Shown in pieces: positions 13,822 through 24,010 of a DNA stretch of 64,000 bases. The translations under genes were made by a program, and so were the position numbers. The number at the start of each line of letters is the position of its first letter. Position 1 is the stretch's first letter. The DNA lies in the NCBI GenBank assembly GCA_964016885.1, contig OZ024742.1, forward strand, positions 115,506,001 through 115,570,000. Direction: 5' to 3'. The DNA comes from Eledone cirrhosa (Eukaryota). The notes beneath the pieces are model-generated. The model ran no database searches. It was given only the letters and a program-made list of their open reading frames with translations, and was not told where the DNA came from.

Positions 13822-14045
13822 AGGGAAGAAGACGCACGAGGTGACGGAGGTCATGAAATCGCTCCCGTAAGTTTTGAATTTTTAACATATTTAAATCATT
13901 TGTGAAATAACAACTCTTAGTACAAATGCTACGTAAAGCACCCGGCTTGAGCCCCAAAAAATTCGGACCCAAAATATATTGTTATAAGGCTCAAATATTC
14001 AAATATTCAACTTTGTATTGTACACTGTATATCCCAAAAAAAAAT
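13822..14045. repeat. Unclassified repeat module X, copy 2
   Basis: Aligns by eye to 9074-9290. Confidence 0.8.
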
Positions 14046-14636
14046 GGCTATAAAAGGAAGAAGAAGAACCCCCCCCCCCTCCTCTCCTCTGGCTACACTA
14101 TATAGGACAGCTAAACTCACCAACACCAGAAACTAGATACACCGCCCACCCCATCATCTGTGTACACTAAACACAACAGCATTTTCACCTTCACCGCCAC
14201 CGCTCACTACGGCCATCATTACCACCACTATCCCATCACCGCCGCCACCACCCCTTGACTCCTTCACTGCTGCTGCCACCGCTACAGCACCATCACTACA
14301 GTAATACGGCTCAAATATTCAAATATTCAACTTTGTATTGTACACTGTATATCCAAAAAAAAAAAAAAAAAAAATGGCTATAAATGGAAGAAGAAGAACC
14401 CCCCCCCCTCCTCTCCTCTGGCTACACTATATAGGACAGCTAAACTCACCAACACCAGAAACTAGATACACCACCCACCCCATCATCTGTGTACACTAAA
14501 CACAACAGCATTTTCACCTTCACCGCCACCGCTCACTACGGCCATCATTACCACCACTATCCCATCACCGCCGCCACCACCCCCTGACTCCTTCACTGCT
14601 GCTGCCACCGCTACAGCACCATCACTACAGTAATAC
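13988..14636. repeat. Tandem duplication, two ~320-bp units
   Basis: Units 13988-14307 and 14308-14636 both start GGCTCAAATATTC and end CAGTAATAC; they differ mainly in homopolymer lengths. Confidence 0.95.
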
Positions 14637-15079
14637 GGTCGCATCACCGCCACCACTGCCTCGGTATCGACATCACCGCCACCACTGTCTCAGTATCGCC
14701 AACGCCGCTAGTCTCTGCTGGCTACCACTTCCACATTATAGAATTCCTACTACTAACAAAGAGGAAGGCATCAAAATATATAGATAGACTCAAAAGAAAA
14801 AAGAAAAAACAAACAACAAAAGCAGCACAGCAACAACAGTAAAAAACGAGAAAAACAGAGAAAAACAAAAACAAAAAAAGAAACCCCAAAAACGTAAAGA
14901 AAATAAGAATGAAGAGAGAAGCAGGCGGACGGACAGAGAAGAGGGGGGAAAAAGTAAAACTTAAAAAACAAAAACTAAGTCAGACATTCGAATACTACAT
15001 TACAATGAAACTTATGCTTATTCATTTTTGGGGCCCTTTCTGCCCGTGTGTTTGTTTGTTTATGTGTGTCCGTATACAG

Positions 15080-18000
15080 CGTGGTGATAATGCCACACAA
15101 GGGCCAAGTGGGATGGCGGATCCACAGATGGCTATGTAAACATACATTCGCCAATCCTCGATAAGAGTGTTTAAATATCGAACATAAACAGTTCGAATAA
15201 CGGTGAAATGGAGACTAGAACGCCATGTGACAGACTCTCACCCAACAGGTGCCCCCTGGCTCAGCAGCAGGAACCTGACTGTCAACGAAATACTGCTGAT
15301 GTTGGAGGAAGAAGAAGAAGGAAAGGGGCCAGAACCAACTGGACGAAAGAATTGAATAGAACTGTTATGCAATGCTACCTGAAAAGTAACCCCAAGGAGA
15401 GGGGCTACAGGAGACGGATGCATAACATCTGGAACGAGTTTGGTTTATTTAAATTAGATGAACAAAAATTGGCCGGGCAGGCTCGAGTAATAAGAACTAA
15501 TGGGTGGATAAGCGAGCTGGAACTGGAGGAACTGAGCAGAGAGAATGGCTTGGAGATGGCGGGTGTAGTATGCCAGACAAGCGAGCCGGCGGGAAATGAA
15601 GGTGAGGAGGTCCTGAGAGCGGAGGAACCACCCGAAGCAGACAATGATCTGAATACTGAGATAAATAATACCTGGAACAGAGATACGGCCACTGAGGAGA
15701 TGAATGCTGACGGGCTAGGACAAGATTCGGTTGACATCCTAAATTTAGTGGTAGATGAGTTGAACAATGATAGTGGGAGACCTATGAACCTAAGATTTGT
15801 AGACAGGAAAAAGTTAAAAGAAACAACAGCTAAGGTAAACAAAGTCATCCCATACCTTGAGGCGAGGAGTCTTCACCAGTGCAACAGTATCCTCAAAGCA
15901 ACAGCAAATACGGTGAGGAAACTACTTGGTATAAAAGCGAGAGGAAACAACAGACAAGAAAGAGCAGAGCCGTGGTGGAAGAAGCGACTGAGTGGGCAAA
16001 TCGGGGAAATGAGAAATGACATAGGAAAGCTTGAGTCACTACTGAATGGGACACTAAAAAACATAGGCACTAAAAATAGACTGGAAATAAAATACAAAAC
16101 TAGGAGTAAAAAGCTAAATATTATCATAGAGGAATTGAAGCAACGCATTGTAGCAAAGAGTGCCAAAATCAGGCGATACGAGAACAGAGTCAGTCAGTAT
16201 AAACAGAACCGCATGTTCGACAACAACCAGAAGATGCTGTTTGGACAGCTTGAGGGGAAAGAAAGAGGCACCGACTTGATCCCTGGGGCGGAACAAGCTA
16301 AAACATTCTGGAGAGGAATATGGGAGCAGGATGTTAGACACAATGCCCAGGCAGGGTGGATTGAGACAGTACAGAGGGAGATCGGTGAGCAGGCACAGCA
16401 ACAGACTGATTTGAGTATCACAGTTGAAACTCTTAAGGGGCAAGCCAAAAAACTAACCAACTGGAAATCACCAGGCCCAGATGGTGTGCAGGGGTATTGG
16501 ATTAAACATTTAACATCCCTCCACCCGAAGCTGACGGCCATGTTCAATGACTGCTTGGTGTCGGGTGAGGTGCCAGAGTGGTTGACAAAAGGTACCACAG
16601 TTCTGATAATGAAAGACCGAATCAAGGTTAATGATGTTACCAACTATAGACCTATCACATGTCTGCCCGTAATGTGGAAACTGTTGACGAGCATTGTGTC
16701 TGAGGAAATCTGCCATCACCTCCACACAAACAACTTGTTGCCGGACGAACAGAAAGGATGCCGAAAGAAGTCACGTGGTACAAAGGACCAGTTGCTTATT
16801 GATAAGATGGTAATGGGGAATTGCAGGAGGAGACACACTGATCTTGCCATGGGATGGATAGACTACAGAAAGGCATTTGACATGGCGCCTCATTCCTGGA
16901 TCACCAAAAGCCTGGAGATCTTCAGGGTGGCAGATAACATCAGACAGTTGCTGGGCAGGAGTATGGGGTCCTGGGAGACAGAGTTGACATCAACTGGAGT
17001 ATCCTTGGGAAGCGTGAAGATCAAGAGAGGTATCTTCCAGGGAGATAGCCTGTCCCCTCTGTTGTTTGTCCTTGCCCTGATGCCCTTGACCATTATGCTG
17101 CGAAAAGTGAGAGCAGGATACAAGTTGGGAAGGGGAGAGCTTACCATCAATCACCTCCTCTTGATGGACGATCTTAAGCTCTTCGGGAAAAGTGAGAAGG
17201 AGTTGGATGTGCTTGTTGACACTCTCCGTATTTTCAGCAGTGATATATGTATGCAGTTTGGTATTGGTAAATGTGGAGTCATTGTGATGAGGAGGGGTAG
17301 GTTGAGCAGAAGTAACGGGATCCAGATACCAACAGGTGAGATGATAAAGGAAATTGACTCTGAGGAAGGATACAAGTATTTGGGCGTTCTGGAGGCTGAT
17401 GGCATAAAGAACAAAAAAATGAAGGAATTGTTAAGAACTGAATACATTCGGAGAGTAAGGAGCGTATTGAAGTCACATCTGAACAGCAGAAATGCCATAA
17501 GCGCAGTAAATTCCCGAGCTGTGTCTATTATTAGGTACAGTGCGGGAATTCTGAGATGGAATGTTGCTGAACAAAAAGAAATGGATAAGAAGACTAGGAA
17601 GCTATTGACTATCTACAACATGTTCCACAAGAGGAGTGATGTCGATAGACTCTACCTAAGGAGATCTGAGGGTGGAAGAGGTCTTATCAGCATAGAGGAC
17701 TGTGTTCAGATGGAGAAAAACAACCTATACAAATACGTGACCTATAGTAAGGAGCCAATGCTCAGAGCTGTACTGAAGGAGGGGACAGTAGGCCAGGGGA
17801 TACCCAAGGAGGAAATAACATCAAGGAGGAAGAGCAGCCTTAAGGGAAAATCCCTTCATAGTACCTTCTTTGAGAAAACTGAATTTAGAGATCCACAGAC
17901 ATGGAACTGGTTGAGAAGAGGAGACCTCAAAAAGGCTACAGAAGGAATGCTAATGGCTGCGCAGGAGCAGGCCCTCAAAACGAAGTGGTTGAAGCACCAT

Positions 18001-18710
18001 ATCTACAAGGAGGAGGCTAGCCCACTGTGCAGGATCTGTGGAGAGAGAGAGGAGACTGTGGCTCACATTGTGTCCGAGTGTAAACACCTAGCCCAGACCC
18101 ACTATAAGGGCTGGAGACACGATGTGATGGGCAGGGTGATCCACTGGCACCTGTGCAAAGTAAACAATCTACCACATTCTGAGAAATGGTATGAGCATAG
18201 GCCAGAGGCGGTGATGGAGAACAGTCAGGTGAAGGTGCTGTGGGATTTTAGGATACAGACGGACAAAAAACTGGAACACAATAGACCTGACCTGGTGGTT
18301 GTGGACAAAGAAAAAAGATCGTGCCTGATTGTGGATGTGGCCTGCCCGTTCGACACGAGAGTGCAAGAGAAGGAGAGGGAGAAAATTAACCGATACCAGG
18401 ACCTACAGTGGGAGGTGAAAAGGATTTGGAACTGCCATGAAGTCAAAGTGATCCCGATTGTAATAGGCGCACTGGGGACTATCTCCAAAGGTTTCCAGGG
18501 ATGGTTAAAGAAAATCGGCCCCTTCACGCTTTTTGGAACGCTTCAAAAGGCATGCTTGCTTGGAACGGCAAGAACCCTCCGATACGTCCTGAATATCTGA
18601 GGCTGCAGGTAGTGGCTTGATATTCATTCCAACGGACTTTCCAGTTAACCAACATCAATGACTGAGATTCAAGGAATAACAATAACAATAATAATAATAA
18701 TAATAATAAT
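15080..18710 (+). mobile_element. Full-length R4/Dong retrotransposon, family A
   Basis: Single long ORF, ~76-nt 3' UTR, (TAA)n tail. 5' boundary uncertain. Confidence 0.93.
15208..18600 (+). CDS. R4/Dong-clade protein: N-terminal DNA-binding domain, reverse transcriptase, CCHC knuckle, restriction-like (PD-D/ExK) endonuclease; 1130 aa
   Basis: Uninterrupted ORF with WKSPGPDG, YRPITCL, IDYRKAFD, GIFQGDSLSP, LMDD, YKYLG, GGRGL, CRIC..ETVAHIVSEC, RHD, RPDL..IVDVACP, KINRYQDL. Confidence 0.95.
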   Translation: METRTPCDRLSPNRCPLAQQQEPDCQRNTADVGGRRRRKGARTNWTKELNRTVMQCYLKSNPKERGYRRRMHNIWNEFGLFKLDEQKLAGQARVIRTNGWISELELEELSRENGLEMAGVVCQTSEPAGNEGEEVLRAEEPPEADNDLNTEINNTWNRDTATEEMNADGLGQDSVDILNLVVDELNNDSGRPMNLRFVDRKKLKETTAKVNKVIPYLEARSLHQCNSILKATANTVRKLLGIKARGNNRQERAEPWWKKRLSGQIGEMRNDIGKLESLLNGTLKNIGTKNRLEIKYKTRSKKLNIIIEELKQRIVAKSAKIRRYENRVSQYKQNRMFDNNQKMLFGQLEGKERGTDLIPGAEQAKTFWRGIWEQDVRHNAQAGWIETVQREIGEQAQQQTDLSITVETLKGQAKKLTNWKSPGPDGVQGYWIKHLTSLHPKLTAMFNDCLVSGEVPEWLTKGTTVLIMKDRIKVNDVTNYRPITCLPVMWKLLTSIVSEEICHHLHTNNLLPDEQKGCRKKSRGTKDQLLIDKMVMGNCRRRHTDLAMGWIDYRKAFDMAPHSWITKSLEIFRVADNIRQLLGRSMGSWETELTSTGVSLGSVKIKRGIFQGDSLSPLLFVLALMPLTIMLRKVRAGYKLGRGELTINHLLLMDDLKLFGKSEKELDVLVDTLRIFSSDICMQFGIGKCGVIVMRRGRLSRSNGIQIPTGEMIKEIDSEEGYKYLGVLEADGIKNKKMKELLRTEYIRRVRSVLKSHLNSRNAISAVNSRAVSIIRYSAGILRWNVAEQKEMDKKTRKLLTIYNMFHKRSDVDRLYLRRSEGGRGLISIEDCVQMEKNNLYKYVTYSKEPMLRAVLKEGTVGQGIPKEEITSRRKSSLKGKSLHSTFFEKTEFRDPQTWNWLRRGDLKKATEGMLMAAQEQALKTKWLKHHIYKEEASPLCRICGEREETVAHIVSECKHLAQTHYKGWRHDVMGRVIHWHLCKVNNLPHSEKWYEHRPEAVMENSQVKVLWDFRIQTDKKLEHNRPDLVVVDKEKRSCLIVDVACPFDTRVQEKEREKINRYQDLQWEVKRIWNCHEVKVIPIVIGALGTISKGFQGWLKKIGPFTLFGTLQKACLLGTARTLRYVLNI

Positions 18711-18711
18711 C

Positions 18712-18864
18712 AGAAGATGAAGAAGAAGAAGAAGAAGAAGAAGAAGAAGAAGAAGAAGAAGAAGAAGAAGAAGAAGAAGAAGAAGAAGAAGAAGAAGAAG
18801 AAGAAGAAGAAGAAGAAGAAGAAGAAGAAGAAGAAGAAGAAGAAGAAGAAGAAGAAGAAGAAGA
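18712..18864. repeat. (GAA)n microsatellite
   Basis: Direct reading. Confidence 0.97.
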
Positions 18865-19022
18865 ATGTAAAATGTGTGTATTATCAAGTTTTGTCTCGGG
18901 TGCCATGTTGACACTCGACATGGTTTGGAAAGAAGCACACTCACAATGACTGAAATTAGTCCAGTGCATTACTGGTACTTCATTTTATCGATCACGTAAG
19001 GATGAAATGCAAAGCTAACCTC
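18865..19022 (-). mobile_element. 5'-truncated SINE variant: same core, different 3' tail ending at (TTC)n
   Basis: Core GAGGTTAGCTTTGCATTTCATCCTTACGTGATCGATAAAATGAAGTACCAGTAATGCACTGG matches the SINE; the next ~95 nt do not match the usual tail. Confidence 0.65.
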
Positions 19023-22000
19023 AATAATACTTTCTTTATTAGCCACAAGGGCCGAAACATGTAGGGCAAAACAAAAGAGGTTTTTATTTGTATACACTCA
19101 TAGAAATTTATGTAAATCTAATACAAATAAACAATCAAAAATAATAAAATTCCCCAGAAAGCCCACAGATCCTAAACCTTATATCCAAAGCACCATAGAA
19201 AGGGGCCCAAATCATCTCGAGATTCTCCAGCCTACATGTGCATGTTAAGTGTAGGACCATTCTCTCGCAGCATTCTAGCTATTTTCACACAACTAAAATA
19301 ATACTGAGGTGATGCACCTCCCTTTCTATCCTCAAATTCCTTTCCAGTTGCAACTTGAAAACGTTGATGGGGGCTTCGTCGAAGAGGAATGTGTCTGTCT
19401 TCAATAATTTGAACCACGTCCATCACATCACCATTGTCAATACATCCAGCACTCAGATGAAAAGCTCCTGCACTACCTGTTCAAAAGTAGATATTGGGGT
19501 AAACGCCACAATCGAGGTGGCTTATACCCGGATCCTTCTCACACAAGACAATAGCTGTTCGCCAAACCTCCACAAGTCAGCAATACACAGGCAAAGGACG
19601 AGTGCGTACAGCAATGTTTTGTAGTTCTACCCACATCTCGGATCGAAGGTTCCACCGGCCTCTAACCGACACCAAACCCCTCCGGACATATAGGCTAGTT
19701 CGACGCATAGCAGCTCCCCAAGAGCATTGTCGGCCCTGTCTTCAAATGAAAGTTAGAGTGGCATTTCCACAGACCATATTGTCCGACTGATAGAGGACTG
19801 TTAGAACCAGAAAACATTCCAAAAGCCATATGCCTGCTCTCCAGCTTCACGTGGCCCACGACCTTATCTCAGTCAAAGTGACAAACTTCGGAAAAACATG
19901 CATGAAAAAGGGTGACAACACATGTTCGCCAGCAAGAAATATCTGGAGTTGAAGTAGGCTAGGTGCATACCTATCATTCTCAATATGTTGAGGAGCAGGT
20001 GCTCCACTTTGGTGAGGAGAGCACCGAAGATAGGCACGATGGTTAAATGATAATAGATGATGGACGCAATATATGTTCGATAAATCCGTCTGATTTTCCA
20101 GGAAAGGCTTACTCTCGGTTAATTTCTGGGTGTAAGATGCCAACCTGTTCGTTAACACGTTTCAGCTCCTCTCGACCAGGATGTCTGGACCAAACATCGC
20201 AAGTCCATCCATCCAGCATACTGCATGGATTTGCCTCTCCAAGTACTGAGCTGGATATATCTTTCTTCCAGTCAAGTACTGCTCTGGGGTTGATCTTTGT
20301 TCTAGTCAACGTTCCAAATTCTAAATAATTGCCCACCACATTGCTTACCAGGGTCTTCGACACCATCAGTTGTCGTCGTTCGCGTTTGACGACGGACGCT
20401 TTCTTTGAGCGGGCTAACCTACAAGATTCCCGTTTATACAGGAGTGGCTCGATATTAAGTACGTACACAATGGAGAGAAAACGCATATTCAACGAAATGT
20501 GCGTGTCTTACAGAACGTTTCCGACAGATGGACATTTACTTGGACCATTTATGATGCTGTACATGCCAGTGATCAAGCCTCTAAAATCGAGAGCGACGCC
20601 GGCCGCCATGAAAACAGTCTGCAGGTGATTAGTTTGAAAACAATCCGATGGTTGATTAGTTTGAAAGACTTCGATGGATCCAAATATACCACAGCCCCTA
20701 GGGAGCCAGGTTTACACCCTACAAACTCTATGATGTATCGAATGAAGTTGGTGTTGCTGTGTATAAACCTATTTGAGATTGTGCGCTTCAATAGATTCTT
20801 GTCGACAGCAGACAATCTCGTTGCTAGCACCTCGCCCAAAATCGTGAACTTGGTGTTGAGCAGAGTTATCGTCAGGATATTCACTAACCTGTAAACAGTT
20901 TCTTTCAGCTGCTCACATCTGACGCCATCATTTTACCATCTGGTTCGAGGAAGATGATCTGTATCCGAACCAACACTGCGCATTAGCCTTCAGATCCCGA
21001 ACGGCATATTAATGCATACATATCGTAGCCACAAATAATGGATGCAAATGTTCGCTCCTTGGAAATTCTGGTCTTCTTGATGGCCACCACATCGATTTTA
21101 AATGAGATAGATGAGTAAATTGCTTTGCTTCCAAGTCGACCCCAGACCACATGCTTATGTTGTTGTTAATGTTTATGGCGATGAGATTCGTATTGGTTGA
21201 TTATTTTTGTTGGGTTTGAGTTTCTTGTCGCTGATGTTGCGTTCGGTGTCTGGTTAATGTTGGAGATCTTGTTGGTGCTTGTGGAGTCAATTTTAACATT
21301 GATGGTAGAGTTGTTGGTGGTGGTGCTGGTGATGTGTGTGCTGGTGTTGAAGCTTTGGGTGAATGCTTTATGACTTTTACATTTAAGCTATATATTTTCT
21401 GCGTGCATATTTTTCTAGATTTTTATTTGTTCATTAACAGTTTGGGACCCCTCTCCACGCATACAACCCATGACCGATCGTGATAAATTGTGGCGGGACA
21501 TGTCTTCTAGTTACAGTGTTTTTTGCATTAGTTGACGTTGGTGCCTGAGTACCTGATGGTGGTGGAACTCCTGTTAACTTTGTTGCTGCTTTCTTTCACA
21601 TTGGTTTTGAGATTTGTGTTTGTATTCTGGCCACTGATCGTGTATTTACTGTCAGTAAGGGATTTTGAGTAGGAAGGAGAAATAGCGTTGTTTGCTTCGG
21701 CGTCTGTTGCGAGCAGACAGGTGTGATGTTCACCACTTGTGTCGAAATTTGTCCTTTTGCCCTCTATGGAATTGAGGTGGTGGGTGCCGTCAGCATAGTG
21801 CATTGTCTTCATTCGGTTGGATAAGTAGTTTCATTTTATATCATGACCAGCTTTCCAGTTGGATGTTTTACATCTAAAATGTTGGTGCTACCTCAGGTCC
21901 ATTAGGAGAGGTGCCACTAGCCAAGAAATAGACTGACTATGCTGCCAATATGCTGTTGCCAATATTTGGCAACAGCATATTGGCAGCAATCCTTCACTTA

Positions 22001-22755
22001 TCAGTGGTGCGAGGAAGTGTCTTCTGGCTTCCTCTGGGATTTTGGAGATAACAACCACCATCCGAAATCCACGTTTCGGGCTATATGATATTTGCGCGCT
22101 TATACGCAACTCAAAGCCTTTTAGATCTGGAACTTGGCATCGTGCTACACCCGACGTGACTTTACTGGAAATGATCGATATGTTACCGTATACTATTGCA
22201 CGTTTTCAAACACGCCGGCCGAAGGTGTGAGGTTGAGTTTGTGACCTCTCTTATTTCTTTTCCATTGCCAGTTATTGCCAGTTATTGCCAGTTATTGTTT
22301 CTCCTGCTAAGGAAACGGCTGCTTCTGAGATGCCCTTTATGCAGTGTTGAGAGTTTTCACACTTTGCTTTGAAACCCGGTTGATATACACGTTTGACAGG
22401 CCTGCGCTTATTGTGTTGCTGCTGTTGTTTTTATTGTTACCTTTGATGTAGCTGCTACTTTCATTGTTTTCAGTGTTGGTGCAGTTTGATTTTATTCATG
22501 TTTTTTTTTCCCACGAGAAAATGTAGCATGCTTTTTGGATGGGAAAGCGTTCTTGGTCTCCATCTTTCGTAATTTGCAGATATAATTCTGATATTTGGGA
22601 ACACGTTTTATATGTTATGGGGGCCCCTCTTTTAGCACAATGTATGTTGCCCTATTTACCTTTTGTAACAAACATTTTGACAGCGAACTTTAAGCAAACC
22701 TGAGAAAATCAATCAAACTTATGAATCACAAGTATGCGTGACAACAACTTGAGCT
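19023..22755 (-). mobile_element. Decayed, internally deleted L1/Tx1 LINE (Tx1 copy 2)
   Basis: ITLLNTKFTILGEVLATRL, YLDPSKSF, C-terminal ENGPTLNMHM (copy 1 has VNGATLSMCL). Endonuclease start near 21060-21160. ORF1 relic DGTHHLNSIEGKR. Same 3' terminus as copy 1. Confidence 0.85.
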
Positions 22756-22771
22756 ATATTATGATAATAAT

Positions 22772-22961
22772 AATTGTTTCTACTTTTGGCACAAGGCCAG
22801 AAATACCCCAGCGCATTACTGGTACTTTATTTTATCGACCCCATAAGGATGAAATATAAAGTTAACCACGGCGGGATTTGAACTCTCATCATAAAGGGAC
22901 ATAACTCTATGCTGGAAGGCATGGCGTCCGAGCCTCTACCGATACTGCCAATCCACGGCCC
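22772..22961 (-). mobile_element. tRNA-derived SINE, full length
   Basis: A-box TGGCAGTATCGG, B-box GTTCAAATCC, core TTCATCCTTATGGGGTCGATAAAATAAAGTACCAG, (TTA)n tail. Confidence 0.9.
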
Positions 22962-23019
22962 TCATCCTATATAGGATAATAATGATAATAATATTGTTAT
23001 ATTAATACTATTATGATAA

Positions 23020-23238
23020 GTATGGTTTCTACTTTAGACACAACACGACCGATTTTGGGAGAGGGGTAAGTCGATTAAATCGACTCCAGTACATTACTGG
23101 TTCGTTACTATATCAAACCCGCAAGGATTAAAGGCAAAGCTAAGCTTGGGATTAGAAATCGGAATGTTAAGGGCTGTACCTCTATGAGAAAAAGCATGTT
23201 GTCAGACCCTTTACGGATACTGCCAATCCAGCCCCCTA
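23020..23238 (-). mobile_element. tRNA-derived SINE, diverged subfamily
   Basis: Same head, core and tail, with an extra GTCGATTTAATCGAC hairpin segment. Confidence 0.8.
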
Positions 23239-23249
23239 CCCATACTAAT

Positions 23250-23441
23250 AATTGTTTCTACATTTGGCACAAGGCCATCAATTGCGCCAGTGCATTACTG
23301 GTACTTTATGTTATCGACCCCATAAGGATGAAAGCCAAAGTTTAACCTCGGCGGGATTTGAACTCAGATAATAAAGTGACGTAACTCTATGCGTCAAAGC
23401 ATGGCGTCCGACCCTCTACCGATGCTGCCAATCCATCGCCT
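23250..23441 (-). mobile_element. tRNA-derived SINE, full length
   Basis: Aligns to 22772-22961; a duplicated head fragment follows at 23466-23481. Confidence 0.9.
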
Positions 23442-23759
23442 TTAGTAAAATAATAGTAATAATTAGCCAATCCACCGCCCTTAGTAAAATAATAATAATA
23501 ATTAGCTTCTACTTAAATAGGTAATTTCTTTGATCGTTAAATACTCACTGATATCGACCAAAAGAAGATAACTGATTTAAGATATCTTAAGGAGTTGAGA
23601 GTAAATTATATCGAACCACTACTCGGCTAGTGTCTTATTTTATTAATCCGTAAATGCAAATTTTACTTTAACGTTTGTATCATGCCTATTCCCGCAAAGA
23701 GTAGCTAAATGCAACCCCGTCGATTTCGACGAGACGTGTTCATATTGTCCGATAATAGT

Positions 23760-24010
23760 AAAAGCCTACTCGTGGAATGTATGGGTAGTTGGTAGAGTAC
23801 GCCGCAAATATACGTACCCTTAATATAATTCCCAGTGATAAGCCGACACTTTGAATTACAGGCACAGTTTCTCTAACTGCCTTATAAACAGTATCAATGT
23901 AATTAATTTCAGTCTTACTGCTTGGGTCAACCAGAGATCAAAGTAAAAGAGATTTTCTTAAGGGGTAAAGCAGCAAGTTCAAAAACGAGAGCTCATAATA
24001 AGAAGTGAAT
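23760..24010 (-). mobile_element. Old SINE relic of another family
   Basis: GTACGCCGCAAATATACGTACCCTTAA and TTTGAATTACAGGCACA resemble octopus SINE segments as I recall them; not verifiable within the window. Confidence 0.35.

Noticed and set aside
15081-15126. Twister- or HDV-like ribozyme in the Dong A 5' UTR
   Set aside because: A hairpin forms (GTGG/CCAC, TGCCA/TGGCG), but the required pseudoknot pairings do not fit either consensus.
15238-18527. Antisense ORFs over the Dong elements
   Set aside because: Shadow frames of the RT ORF; they recur only because the copies are near-identical.
22772-23500. Repeat-spacer appearance suggesting CRISPR or tRNA genes
   Set aside because: The units are ~190-bp SINEs with A/B boxes and no cloverleaf; no cas genes; eukaryotic context.
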